A DNA stretch of 64,000 nt from Rebecca billardiae RCC1528 (lineage: Eukaryota; Protista; Haptophyta). Location of the stretch: contig OZ251233.1 of NCBI GenBank assembly GCA_965240325.2, positions 1,364,001 to 1,428,000 on the forward strand. The letters run 5' to 3'. A model generated the notes under the pieces. That model made no database searches. It was not told the origin of the DNA and saw only the letters and a program-made list of their open reading frames with translations. Position 1 is the first letter of the stretch, and the number at the start of each line of letters is the position of its first letter. Shown piece after piece: positions 1 to 11,405 of the stretch. The position numbers and the translations under genes are program-made.

Positions 1-1
1 C

Positions 2-2923
2 GCGGCGCCGCAGGCCTCGTCGCGCCGCGCGTCGGGCGGCGGGTGGGCAACCCTGCCGGCCGTCCCGGACTCGGCGCCGACGGCGGACCCGGTCCCGAGC
101 GCACGGGCGGAGGCGCAAGCAGCCGCGGGCGCGCCGCTCCCCGTGCCAGCCCTCGCCAACGGCGAGGAGGCGATCGCGGCTGAGCCCGCGCGCGCGGCCG
201 GCGGCGGTGGGCCGACGCAACCGTCGAGCGGCACGGTGGCGATGCCAACCGCCGGCGGTGGTGCTGCAGCGGAGGCGCTCGCTGGCGGGCGGGAGCGCTC
301 CGAGGCCAGCTCGAAGCCCGCCTCGGCGGAGCCGCGCGCAGGCGGGCGCTCGCACCCGCCCCCTCCGGGCTGCCCGCCTCCACTGCTCGGGACGGCCAGT
401 GCCGCGCCGCCGCCCGCTGCCCAGGTGCCGCCCGCCGCCGCCCAGGCGCCGCCCGCCGCGCCGCCTGCGGAGCGGCGCGTCTTCCGCTTCCAGAAGAGCA
501 TCCTGCGCACCGTGCGCGCGCCGCTCGCGCCGCTCGCGCCGCCCGCGCCCGGCGCGCCGCCCGGTGCCAACGGTCGCGCGAGCGTGTACGTGCGGCGGCA
601 CGAGAGCCTCGAGATTCTGTCCGTCGCCGGGGACGGCCAATTGATCATGGACGCGTTTGACTCGGAGGAGAATCTGGTGATTCAGGAGGGCGTGCTGTGG
701 GACTCGACGGCGCATATGCTCGGGCGCGGCGTGCGCCGCGCCTCGTCCGCAGCCGCGCTCGCCGCCGCCGCGCCGCCGGGCGGCGCCGCGCAGGCGCAGC
801 CAGCCGGGCAGTGGCGTTACCCGGGTGAGTTTCGGTATGTGTTCAGCGCGCGCCCGACCGCGACGGCGGTGGCCTCGTCGCGCGGCGGCGCGACCGGGGC
901 GCAGCAGCCGGCAGCGGAGTGTGTGCTCGAGCTGCGCCTGCGGCTGACCAGCGAGTACACCGCCGATGAGCTCGTGCCCGCAGACCCAGCCGGCGCGCGC
1001 CCGGCGTCGGTCGGGAGCGCGCCAGTCGGAGGTACGACCGCGGAACGCGGCGCGGACGCCGTCGGCCCCGCGGCCGAGAGGCAGCCTGCGCGCTCGGAGG
1101 CCCCGGCCGCGCCACGCGCGGCGGCCGGGACGGAGGGCGCTACCCCGGACGTCGGCGGCTGGCCTCCGCCCGTCGTCGCCGCCGCCGCCGCCCCCGGGCA
1201 CATGGCTGGCGGCGCGGGCGGCGGCGCGGGCAGCGGTGCCGCGGAGCACGAGTCAGCGGCGGCGCGTCGGCTGCGCGAGCGGCAGCGTGGCCAGAGCCGA
1301 GAGGGCGAGCGCGGCGTGCCGCCCGAGCTGGGGCAAGCGCCGGCGCACGCCGGGCGTGCCACCGGCCCCGCCACGCTCGCTGGTGCGCGCGGCGGTGCCA
1401 GCGCGACCGTCGCGTCATCGGGCGCGGACGCGGACGCGTCCATCTGCGCGCCGCCTCGCCCGGCAGACAGCTCAGGCGCCACTGGCGACGGCGCGCAGCT
1501 GGGTGCGTGCGCCGTGGCCGGCGCGGCAGCACCATCCGGTGCTGCCGCCGGGGCGCACGCGGAGCCGCCGCCGGCTGCGCGGGCGCCAGCCCCACCGGCA
1601 GCGTCATCGTCGTGCCGGTTTGCGGATGCGGCCGTGCCTGTGTCACGCGTCGCGCGGCCGGCGGCGCACGCGGCCGCGGCGCTCGGTGGCTTGGCGACAA
1701 TGTCGGCGCGCGCGGCGGCGTGCGCACTGCCGGGCGTCAGCGCGGAGCCGTGGCGCAGCGACGCGCGCGTGCACGCGCCCGGCTGCGCGCCGCCGTGGCA
1801 GGCGGCGGGGCCGAGCGCGCCATGCGCGTGCGCGGTCGCGCACAGCCATGGCTGCGGCGCGGCATCTGGCGGTCTCACAGTCGCGGGGGGGTACGGTGGG
1901 GGCGTGGGCGTGGGCGCTGCTGGGCTTGGAGGCCCGCCGGTCGGGTGGGCGCACGGGCAGCACGCAGTGCCTCCGTACCCTCCGTACCCGCAGCCATACC
2001 CGCAGCCGCAGCCGTACCAGCAGCCGTACTCGCAGTCACCGCAGCAGCAGCCGTACTCACGGCCACCGCAGCAGCAGCCAGGCACTGCCCTCGAGGCGGG
2101 CGGGAACGCGCATGGCTGGGCAGCGGCTGCGCAGCCGCCCAGTGGCTGGGGCCAGGCTGCCTCGCAGGAGGGCGCAGGCGGGTACCCCACGCAGCAGCCC
2201 TCCTTCGCACCGAGTCCGTTCTCCCCGGGAGCCTCCCGCGGGGCGCATGCCGAGACCGCGCCGCGCGGCTCACAGCCATCGCCATCGGGCCAGCCGCAGC
2301 CGCCGCAGCCGGCCTCGCGTTCGCGTGCTCTTGCGCTGCTTTTCGGCGATTCGGACGCGGCAGCGGAGGGCGCTGCGGCGGCGGTCGAGGGCGGCGACGA
2401 AGGCGCGGGCGATGCCGCCGGGCGCCCGCGGCCGGCCGCGAGCGCGCTCTCCTCCGCGCCCAAGGGCCAGCCGCCCAACTTCGATTCCTACGTTCCGGCG
2501 GCAATGCGCACAGGCGCGCGAGCAGTTTCGGGCGCAGGCATGGCGGGCGTGCAGTCGCCGCCGCCGGGCGCAGCGGGCGCGGGGGCGGAGCTCGGCGACG
2601 GCCCGTCGCCCGCGACTAAGGCGAAGCTCTTCCCATACGCGGACGCGCCCGCACACACGCGCGCGGCCGTCGGGGCTGCGCGCCGCGGCTCGAGCGCCAG
2701 CGGTGAGCAGCCGAGCTGCGCGACAGCCAAGCCGGCGGCTGCTGGCGCGCCGGGCCGCCGCGGCAGTGGGACGGTGGCGGCGGCAGCGGCGACCTCGGCA
2801 CCCGTGGGCGGAGGACGCAGCGGTGGGGCTACCAAGACGAGCCAAGCCAAGCCGGCAGCATCATATGCGTCGCGGCCCGGTGCCGGCGGCGGATCTGTCA
2901 TCAAAGTGCAGCCGAGCCGCTAG
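2..2923 (+). CDS. Ala/Pro/Gly-rich hypothetical protein, 3' part (frame open from the window edge)
   Basis: Frame of ORF 143..2923 has no stop back to base 2. GC3-rich globular-looking segment (RRVFRFQKSILRTV...LEILSVAGDGQLIMDAFDSEENLVIQEGVLWD...ECVLELRLRLTSEY) inside low-complexity sequence; PYPQ/PYSQ repeats. Confidence 0.6.
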   Translation, partial: AAPQASSRRASGGGWATLPAVPDSAPTADPVPSARAEAQAAAGAPLPVPALANGEEAIAAEPARAAGGGGPTQPSSGTVAMPTAGGGAAAEALAGGRERSEASSKPASAEPRAGGRSHPPPPGCPPPLLGTASAAPPPAAQVPPAAAQAPPAAPPAERRVFRFQKSILRTVRAPLAPLAPPAPGAPPGANGRASVYVRRHESLEILSVAGDGQLIMDAFDSEENLVIQEGVLWDSTAHMLGRGVRRASSAAALAAAAPPGGAAQAQPAGQWRYPGEFRYVFSARPTATAVASSRGGATGAQQPAAECVLELRLRLTSEYTADELVPADPAGARPASVGSAPVGGTTAERGADAVGPAAERQPARSEAPAAPRAAAGTEGATPDVGGWPPPVVAAAAAPGHMAGGAGGGAGSGAAEHESAAARRLRERQRGQSREGERGVPPELGQAPAHAGRATGPATLAGARGGASATVASSGADADASICAPPRPADSSGATGDGAQLGACAVAGAAAPSGAAAGAHAEPPPAARAPAPPAASSSCRFADAAVPVSRVARPAAHAAAALGGLATMSARAAACALPGVSAEPWRSDARVHAPGCAPPWQAAGPSAPCACAVAHSHGCGAASGGLTVAGGYGGGVGVGAAGLGGPPVGWAHGQHAVPPYPPYPQPYPQPQPYQQPYSQSPQQQPYSRPPQQQPGTALEAGGNAHGWAAAAQPPSGWGQAASQEGAGGYPTQQPSFAPSPFSPGASRGAHAETAPRGSQPSPSGQPQPPQPASRSRALALLFGDSDAAAEGAAAAVEGGDEGAGDAAGRPRPAASALSSAPKGQPPNFDSYVPAAMRTGARAVSGAGMAGVQSPPPGAAGAGAELGDGPSPATKAKLFPYADAPAHTRAAVGAARRGSSASGEQPSCATAKPAAAGAPGRRGSGTVAAAAATSAPVGGGRSGGATKTSQAKPAASYASRPGAGGGSVIKVQPSR

Positions 2924-2939
2924 CTCAGATAGTTTCACG

Positions 2940-3126
2940 TCAGGGGCGTTCCCCGCATCGGTCATACGCCAAATTGAACCGTCTTCCTATTGGAACGGGC
3001 TTCGTCCATTTGACGCGGCGGGTATATATGACGATACATTGAATACGGAAAAAGGCAAAGCCCCCGGCCAGGGCGGGGGCTTTGCTTTTCGGGAGCGTGT
3101 GGCAGGATCCCGCGGGAACGCCCTTG
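2940..3126. mobile_element. Short MITE-like inverted-repeat element with internal hairpin
   Basis: Imperfect terminal IR TCAGGGGCGTTCCCCGC / GCGGGAACGCCCTTGA; internal stem GCAAAGCCCCCG...CGGGGGCTTTGC (about 3055-3085); AT-richer than flanks; no clean TSD. Confidence 0.4.
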
Positions 3127-4072
3127 AGCAGATCCCCGGGGACGCGGCGGTATGACGATGATGATGATCGACGACGACGACGATGATGCGCTGATATATG
3201 ATCGATGATGTAAGTAGACCGCCGGACATATGAGCCATGAGGCGCCGCTCCCAGCAGAGCCGGCCCGCCGGGCAGCCGCCGCGGCTAGGCTGTACTCTCC
3301 GGCTTGGCCCTAAGTAGTATAGCCCTAAGGCCCGCGCCAGCTGGCGGCCCGCGTGGCCGAGCCCGGCCTGTTTTATTTGCAGCAGTGTGGCGGCCCACGA
3401 CGGAGCCGCCCGCAAGTGCGCGGGTCAGCGAACACGGAACTCAGAGTGCTTTACTCGTTGATCGTTCCCATCACTACTGCATAATCCCACGCCCGTCGCG
3501 CCCTCAAATAACGACTGGCGCGAAAGCTAGATCGCGATCATGCCGTACGCCCGCGCCAGCATCGCGCACAGGCACGGGCGCCGTCATTGATTGTGATCGT
3601 CCGGGTCACGTTGGGTGTCTTCAGCACGACGCGCAGGCGCCCTGCCGCAGGCGATGATGAGATGACATCGCGCCCGAAGTCGTGCAGTGCCTACCTCAGG
3701 AGCACTTGCGTGCGACCAGGCCGAGCTGCTCAGCGGGGAGCGCCACGAGCGCACAAGCAGCGCGCGCATGTATTTTTTCATCAGCAGCATTGTTTTGCAT
3801 GCACACTGAGCACAAGTCACTGTCACCAGTCCTACTAATCAACCGGAATCCGGACGACGGCGGCTGGTTCCGCCATTGTGCATGCAGTTGTATCGGCATG
3901 GGTATGGGTGGATCTAGAGATCTGCAGGCGTATATGGGGGTATGGGGCTATTTGACGAAGCTGTTTGTTGTTTAGCTGCTACTACCTTGGCGGACAATAT
4001 AATTTGACGAGCAATATTTAATACAGACAATACTCGGGTGGATGACGCGACGACGTTGCCAGAGTGATTCTG

Positions 4073-5314
4073 ATGGTGGCCGCAGCATCAACAACGCCGG
4101 AGATGCGCGTCAAGGGCCGACGTGCGACGTCGTGCCTTGCCGTGCTGCTGACAATGCTGGTGCCACTCATGCTGTGGCTTCGGAGCTCGCCAATGGACCG
4201 ACATCACGGCACGTCACGGTCATTGCCCAACGCAGGCGGGGATGCCATGCGTGGAGGAGCCACAGATCAGCCGGCCGAGCCTGCCATCAGCAATCGGAGC
4301 CAGAGGACGACAGCAGAGCATGGTGCCGCGTTGGCCGAGCAAGGCAGTGGTCATGATTCTCGGCGTTGGGCGAGTGGCATGGGCCAGCGCGCGCAGGGCC
4401 CTGCAGCAAACGCCAGCCATCCTCTCGTGCTCGTCTCCGACGGGTGCTCCGGCTCATCGTGGATCTTGAACGTGCTGAAGGAGCTGCTGCGTACGACCGT
4501 GGGCGTCAGGCTCTGCAACTTGCCCGGTCGTGATTGGGAGGTGTTGCGGCAGCCGTTCAGGTCGGGCCGCCATCCAAGCCTCGACGAGTTGGCGGAGGGC
4601 ATACTCACCACCCACGCAAAGTGCACGGCCAAGGGCCGGACGTTCTTCTTCAAGGGAAAGCACCCGAGCCAGGTCATCGCTCTGGCCCGGACGCTCAACG
4701 CCATGGGTGCGCGTGTTGCGCTCACCCAACGCGCCAACATGCTCGACCGTGTGCTATGCGACGTGAGGGACTGCTTCAAAACGAAGGCAGGGCTCTCAGG
4801 TACGAACGTATTTGCACGAGACGGCACTCGAGCGAACAGCTGCCACAAGAGCAGAGAGCAACCGTGGCGTGCCGCCAGCATTGCCGTGAACATCACCGAC
4901 ATGGACCTCTTTCTTCAGACGCTCCGTCGTTTCGATTCGTACCAGACTCACTTATCGCTCAAACTCGAGGCGGCGGGCCTCGGCCCGAGGCCGATCTTGC
5001 CGATCACATACGAGGAGCTTGCACTCTCGGGTCATTCGCCCGAGCGGATGCGCATGAGCGTTGCAGGATTCAGGCGCATCATGCTCTCGTTCGGCTATGA
5101 CGTGCCCGAGGAGCGCATCAGGGAGGTCCTGCAGCCGAGCGCAGGCGGCCGACCCAAGCCGAGGCCGCACAGGGAGCTGGTGTACAACTACGACGAGCTA
5201 CGCAGCGCGCTCATTGACGACGACGCACGCTGCCGACACCCAAACTTTGCTGCGTCAGAGTCTGCGTGTGCTGACGGGCTGGTTTTCATGCTTCGCCAAG
5301 ACGAGTCGTCGTAG
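4073..5314 (+). CDS. Type II membrane sulfotransferase-like protein (Stf0-like, P-loop fold)
   Basis: N-terminal TM (CLAVLLTMLVPLMLWL); PAPS-loop-like SDGCSGSSW; RANMLDRVLC; ITYEEL; C-terminal HRELVYNYDELRSAL as seen in Stf0-like sulfotransferases. Confidence 0.7.
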   Translation: MVAAASTTPEMRVKGRRATSCLAVLLTMLVPLMLWLRSSPMDRHHGTSRSLPNAGGDAMRGGATDQPAEPAISNRSQRTTAEHGAALAEQGSGHDSRRWASGMGQRAQGPAANASHPLVLVSDGCSGSSWILNVLKELLRTTVGVRLCNLPGRDWEVLRQPFRSGRHPSLDELAEGILTTHAKCTAKGRTFFFKGKHPSQVIALARTLNAMGARVALTQRANMLDRVLCDVRDCFKTKAGLSGTNVFARDGTRANSCHKSREQPWRAASIAVNITDMDLFLQTLRRFDSYQTHLSLKLEAAGLGPRPILPITYEELALSGHSPERMRMSVAGFRRIMLSFGYDVPEERIREVLQPSAGGRPKPRPHRELVYNYDELRSALIDDDARCRHPNFAASESACADGLVFMLRQDESS

Positions 5315-5462
5315 CCGTGATCAGACGCAGCAGACGCAGTAGTAGTAGCTGCTCGTCGGCTATAAGACCAGCCGCGTAGCAGGCCTGGCGCGGCTGCAGC
5401 ACCGTCGGCTACGGTGACGGCGGTGACTGAAGTATCAAGTAGTAGCCAATAATGCCTATGAG

Positions 5463-5485
5463 TATATATATATATATATATATAT
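5463..5485. repeat. (TA)n microsatellite
   Basis: Directly visible. Confidence 0.95.
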
Positions 5486-6245
5486 TATGGCGCACGGCCC
5501 CCCCGAAAGGTCTGAGCGTGAGCGAAAGCCGGGGGGGGCGGCGCACGTGCTCCGCAAAATCAAAAAGAGGATGCGCGCGCAGGATTTTGGGGTTTTTTGT
5601 AGGTCGACTTAGGTGTGACAAGCGCATATGAGTGGATTTCGCTGCCAATGATTGCGTTTGTACTGCCCCTTAATTTTACGATAGTAAGTAATAGAAGGAA
5701 TCGAAATCAAATAGGACAAAGACATCTCTAGCTACCTTTCTGATAGTCAAGATTCGCCTGTTGAACAGATTGCAAACAAGGTCTGAGATATATCGAACAT
5801 TCTTTTGACAGTCGTTCACTCCTATCATATTCATCAAGCGACGCGAGATGTTATTGCGCGGTTAGTCCGAACCGACGTTCCCGCGCGCTCTCATATCATA
5901 CGGCTATCGAGCTACTGACTTGCTGATATACTCTTGGTCATCTACTGGTACGACGTCAATATGCGGGTGGTAATACATTCTTGTATTGCGCAGGTAAGAT
6001 CTCTTTCAAACCCCATAGGTGGGTGCTGGTATCTTTGATTCCGTTCTTTGAAGATCGAGCTACGCGCGCCCGCGCTCGCTCGAAGACTGCCAGTGTGCGG
6101 GTGGGCTCTCTTCAGCGAGCTCCGTTGGCGTGGAGTCAGCGATCAAGCTGAGGTTGCAGCGCGGCAACATCGTGCAGGGTGGGCGGGTACCGACGCCGCG
6201 CTTCGCACGCCGTCTGCGACGGCATCAAACGCCGCGACCACCGCG

Positions 6246-6700
6246 GCGCCCGGCCAGCGCGGCGGCATCGGGCCTGCTGACGGCGGGCGTGACGGTCGGG
6301 CGGGCGCTACTCGGCATCCGCGGGCGCGGCGGCGAGTGCAGCAGCGGTGGCGGGCGCGGCGGCTGGCAGAGCGCATCTCGCGACGAGGAGTTACTCGGCG
6401 CGCACGTCACGCCGCGCGCGGTATCGATTCGTCGCCCGGCGAGCGCGGCAGCACCGGGCCTGCTGAATGCGGGCGTGACAGCGGCCGGGCGGGCGCCGCA
6501 GCGGTCGGGCGCTGCGCTTGCGCTGGCGCGGCACTGTGGCGGGCGGCGCGGTGGCAGACGCAGCGGCGGACGCCGCGGCGGCGGGCGCGACTGCGGGCGG
6601 AGCGCATCTCGCGACGAGGAGTTACTCGCCGCGCACGTCACGCTGCGCGCATCTTCGAGTGGTCGCTCCGCAGCGAGTCGGCGGGCAGCACCGGGCCGCG
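6246..6700. repeat. Degenerate tandem duplication (about 190-230 bp units)
   Basis: GAGCGCATCTCGCGACGAGGAGTTACTCG at about 6369 and 6600; GGCAGCACCGGGCC-like motif at about 6264, 6447 and 6685. Confidence 0.75.
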
Positions 6701-7434
6701 ACAAGACTAAGAAGACGTTCGGTGCGAACTTCATGCCGCGCACATCATCGAGCGGGGGCTGCGGTGCTGCTTCGGCGAGCGCGTCAGCTGCACCTCCGGC
6801 CGAGCGACTAGTCGACGCAAACGACGACGCGCGACGCATCGAGCTGTTCCGAGCAGTGCCACTTGGCGCTAGTGGCAGCGGCGGGCTGTACTCGCTGACG
6901 ACGTAGCGAGGCGTGAGGTGGTGGTCCACGCCACCGTCGTACCGCGTCGCCTCACGCACCCCGAGCGCGCGCGACGAGCTGTACGGGCTCGGAAGCTGAC
7001 AGCATCCCCGCGCCCGGCGCCGCGACCGCCGGACCCGCGCAGGCCCGGGGCCGCCTCTCGGAGAGCTGACTGATTTTCGTCCGCGCGCTTTGCTGACTGG
7101 TAGCATCGTGCCGTGTGATTGGCGGTGAAGCCAACGCGACAGCAACTACCAGCCAAAGCCTACCAGGGCCGTGCGCCCTCAACTTCGTTGTTTATTACTA
7201 TACCCGAAGATCGGCGTAGCCGATCATTACTACTATGCGAATTAAATAAACAGCGGGGGCCTAGCGGCCTTTCCCGGTGGGGCTGGTCGAACACAGCGCG
7301 TCTACGGGACGCGACGGAGAAGCTTGCCAGGGCCGGCAGACCCGACGACGATGGGACGAGTTGGCCGTTCAGCGCTGACTAACGGTATCATCCGGGCTGC
7401 CGCGTCTTCGCGCGTCGCGCGTGCGATTTAGCCA

Positions 7435-8212
7435 TCAGTAGCCAGGCGTCTGCAAGGCCCACCGAGGCGCCAGCGAGGCGCGCGTCGATGCAGTCGTCGC
7501 TGCGCACGGCCGCTCGGGCACGGCGGCACGGCAACGGCACGCACCGATCACGCCGTGCGTGCGCGCGTCGGCCATCGACGCGTGGTAGTCGTGCAGCAAC
7601 TGCAGCTCCGTGGGGTTTTCCGCACGTCGTGCGCGCTGCTGCCGCCGGACGCCCAGATGGCGCGCGACCGCGTCGGTCGCGGCGGCCTCGCGCGCCGCGC
7701 GCGGGGCGGCTCGACGCGCGGCGTGACCCTCGCGGCGCTCCGCGTTGCGCGCCTCGTCCACGCCGTTCAGCGTGCTCGCCAGCCGCGCGCGCAGCTGCGC
7801 GAGGCACGCGTCGAGCGCTGCCGGCGTCTCGCAGTTTGGGTGCGAGGCCGCGGGCGCGCGCGCGCCGGGGCGCGTGGCCTCGTGCGGGTGCACGGCGAGG
7901 CGCGCCAGGTCCACAAACGGCTCGTCGCGCAGTTCCAGCGCGCGCAGCCCGGCGACGCGCGCGTCCCAGCGCGCGACGTGTTTGGACAGCGCCTCGACAT
8001 GCGCGCGCCGCCCGCGTCGCCCCGCCGCGGTACCGGCGGATGAGAATGGCCAGGGCTGCACGCACGTTGGCGAATTGCGCGCACGCCGCCGCGCTCCGCC
8101 TCCGCATCTGCACGACACACGCCGCGTAGACCACGAACGAATCCAGCTCGTGCACGACATCGTCAGCCGACGTGGCGATGTCGGGCCGACGGCGGCCAAA
8201 GTCACGACTCAC
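7435..8212 (-). CDS. Hypothetical protein, probably spliced or frameshifted near the 5' end
   Basis: GC3-rich helical segment HVEALSKHVARWDARVAGLRALELRDEPFVDL...ENPTELQLLHDYHASM; upstream segment DDVVHELDSFVVY lies in another frame; start unresolved. Confidence 0.35.
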
Positions 8213-8362
8213 GATGTGCCCCTCCCGACCAGGGACCCGGCGTCGCGGCAGGCGCTTTCCGTACCGTTACCGTATTGTATAGGCGGTATGAACTGGGTAA
8301 GGGGGTACCGCTAAGATCGCCGCCAGATTTGTGGGAATCGCAACGACATCTCTATGCGGCGC

Positions 8363-8460
8363 GCGCAAAAATTAACCACATGCGCTTCGATTCCCGAGGC
8401 GTGCCTTAATTGGCGCAAAAATTAACCAAGTGCGTTCTCGATTCCCGAGGCGTGCCTAAT
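8363..8460. repeat. About 50-bp tandem duplication
   Basis: GCGCAAAAATTAACCA..TGCG..TCGATTCCCGAGGCGTGCCT occurs twice. Confidence 0.85.
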
Positions 8461-8746
8461 CAAAAAACGTTTGAGGCCCCATTCTTCGTATTCGTACTCC
8501 GGTATTACTTTGGACAGCAGTAGGTGACACACAATTAAAGGGGGTCGGAGCTGGGTCTCCCAGGGCTTTCTCACGAATTAAAATTGTTTAAAGCTGTGTT
8601 CACCAGAATAATACGCCGTTGCTGCTACGACTATGCGCGCCGCTGACCGGATTTATAATAATATCGTCACACATCGCGCGTCTTTATTCGGCGATTTGCT
8701 GCTACTGGTGACGAGCACGCTGTGTGACACGCGGACCGACCGACTA

Positions 8747-10117
8747 CAGGCAATCGCGGGCCAATAAGATGTCAGAGATCTCACGGCTAGTCTCGGTTTC
8801 TTAGCCGTTCGGTAGCCCGAGCGCCTACGGAGTCTCAGTTTCTTAGCTGGGTCCGCCCGCCGCGGAGGCGCGGGGGGCGCAGGGGGGCAGAGCCCCGGCC
8901 CCGCTGACGGCTGAGTCTTTAGTTTTAGGCCCGGCCGGCGAGGCCGAAGGAATAATTTTGGGCCATTTTGGAGCAAGTCTGGCGGCATGATGTTGCATGG
9001 ATGCTGCGGTGCACTGGCCAGGAGTCAGTCAGGAGAAGTCGGGACTTGGTTGGCCTGTACTCGTAGTCGGGCCGCGCCGCGTCCCACGGGCACTGCGCCT
9101 CGGCTGAGTTGGCGGACCGGACGTCAGCCGCGCGACGACGAGTAGTCCCTGTTTCTTAGTGTGACCATGCGTATAGCGAACCAGCCAATAAGGTGTGGGG
9201 GCAACACGGCAAAGTCCGCGCTAACGTTAGGATCTCTATTTGTCCGGTGAATATGAAAACGTAAGCGGAAGCCTACCAAGGATGAAGGAAAGCTAAAGCG
9301 TGGATGAGGGTGGGGGCACGGTCGCTTTTGTTACGTTAGAGATTTGAATCTCGGCGTTCAAAACGCGGCGAGGGTGCCCAGAAAGAAGAACCATCGCCAC
9401 CGCGTGCGAGGGCCAGCGCTCGCTCAGCCACCTTGGCGCTTTCATTGACGTGCAGGGGTGCGGACCGCGGTAGCTCCAGTCGTTCGCAGCGCTACGCACG
9501 GCACCCTGCTCGCGCGACCCGCCAACCGCGCGCTCTCCAAGGAGTGCACCAGCGCGGCGAGCGCACGGCGCGTACGCAACGCTTGCCGGGCACACCGGCA
9601 CGCACGCAAGAGCGCACGACGTAGGCCACGTCGGCTTCTGGTCGCACGAAGGCGCCGCGAACGCGAAGACTTCTTCTCGCGCGACGAACGCGCGAGAACG
9701 CGCGCGCGCGCACTCGCGAGCTGCGCGCGCGCGCCTCCGTGCGGCGCTGCGCCAGCGAGCCGAGCTGTCCTCGTGCGCCCTTTGTGGCGCCGCGGCGCGA
9801 ATCAAAGGTCGCGGCGACGCGATCTCCCACTTAGGGGAGCTAACGTTGCGGCGAGGCCTTACAGAGCCAGATTCCCCCCTCGTAAGCGCGACCTGGGCCC
9901 TCCGGAGCGAGGCCCACGTTAGAGCTCAAGTAGGGCCGGATCCCGCCTATCTAAAATTTCTCGTCGAGCTACCTAACGTTAGCGCGGACTTTGCCGTGTT
10001 GCCCCCACACCCTAATCGCTAGTCTCAGTTCCTAGGCCAGATCCGCAGATAGCAAGCCCTGGCAGTTTCTTAACGTGACAGCTCCTTATATTGGCAAATA
10101 TTGCCCGCGATTGCCTG
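8747..10117. mobile_element. Non-autonomous Tc1/mariner-type element (outer element of a nested pair)
   Basis: TA|CAGGCAATCGCGGGC...GCCCGCGATTGCCTG|TA: 15-bp perfect TIR extending with one gap, TA duplication at 8745-8746 and 10118-10119, repeated internal AGTCTCAGTTTCTTAG-like motifs, no transposase ORF. Confidence 0.8.
9192..10012. mobile_element. MITE with 40-bp TIRs nested in the outer element
   Basis: GGTGTGGGGGCAACACGGCAAAGTCCGCGCTAACGTTAGG (9192-9231) and its exact reverse complement (9972-10011); TAA on both sides (9189-9191, 10013-10015), with a one-base ambiguity that also allows a TA TSD. Confidence 0.88.
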
Positions 10118-10266
10118 TACCGATGAGTTGCCGGCGGACATCATATAATAATGCTGCTACTGTAACTTAGCACGAGTCACGCGCCAAATCGACGAGGCAG
10201 AGTCCGGAGTCCCTCGTCATAAGTGTCATGCTGCCTTATTATTTATTATTGTCCCGCCTGATGATG

Positions 10267-10270
<4 letters not shown>

Positions 10271-10321
<51 letters not shown>
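10271..10321. repeat. (TA)n microsatellite
   Basis: Directly visible. Confidence 0.95.
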
Positions 10322-10324
<3 letters not shown>

Positions 10325-11405
10325 TATTGTATACATAACATCACATTCATGCATGCATGATCGATAATCCCCTGCTGTCTGCTGATGCTACTACCGCGTA
10401 CCGTCGCTTACCGTTGATAGGTTACTGCAGGTTGCTTCTATGCGAAGTACAAATAAAGCAGATGATGGGTGCGCCCCCGCGGGTGCTGCTCGGCGGGCAG
10501 ACTGAGTGATGGATGGACGCCGCGAGAGGGCGCGCGATCGCTGAGAGGCATCTTCGGTTCGTGAGCATCTAACCATCTTCGTGATGACGATGAATCGTGA
10601 TGGGCCACCCGAGCCTCATCGCCGCCGCCCTTATTCCCCTTCTCCGGTGCCACGGCATCCAAACGGAGTGCCAAACGAGTGTTCGAACATGCCCCGAAGC
10701 AAAGTTTTGAGGGGTGCTCAAACCTCTGAGGTGCTCGTATCGCTGCGACATGGTGCCACGTGCGGTGCCACATCGGGCGGGGTGATGGGCGCCACCCGCC
10801 GGCTGGCTCTCGGTTTGCCACCCAGTGCCCGTAGTGCTCGGACGCTGCATTCCGAGCTCGAGATCTATCTCTCATGCGGGCTTCCCGTGTGACGCTGGCA
10901 ATGAGGAGGGTGTACTTGCGCAGCGGGTTGCGCGCGTCGCGCATGCAATCGACTCCGAAACAGACGACGACGCACGACCGCCCCTCACGCCGAGCTCCTG
11001 GCTGACTTGCTCTCGGCAATCACGCCGCGCGCGCGGCCTGCCGCGTGCAGCATGCTGCAAGGAGCCTGCGAGCCGCCAAGCGTGTCACGCGCGACTGGCA
11101 GGTGATGAGTGAGTTCAGCGCGACGAGTCAGGTGAACGCGCGCAGACCGACGTGTGCAGTACGTACACCGCCTACAACCCGATCTCGACCGATCGCCCAC
11201 CTGCCTGAAGCAGCTGCAAGGCGTGGAGCCGGGTGTCACGGGCACACGGCCACGGCCTAGCCGCACCACGGCAGCTTCAGCGCGCCGGACGGATGATTGT
11301 GGCAAGTCGGCGGGGGGCGGGCGATCGACCGTTGGAGCGCCGGACTTGAGAGCTGTGATGGAAGACGTGGGCGGAAGCCTCGCGTTCAAAGCGCTGGACC
11401 GAGCC

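Noticed and set aside
3048-3090. Hairpin plus T-run resembling a bacterial intrinsic terminator
   Set aside because: Eukaryotic context; better explained as part of the small IR element.
8380-8460. TTCGATTCCCG motif resembling a tRNA T-arm or B-box
   Set aside because: No cloverleaf or A-box; it is part of a simple tandem duplication.
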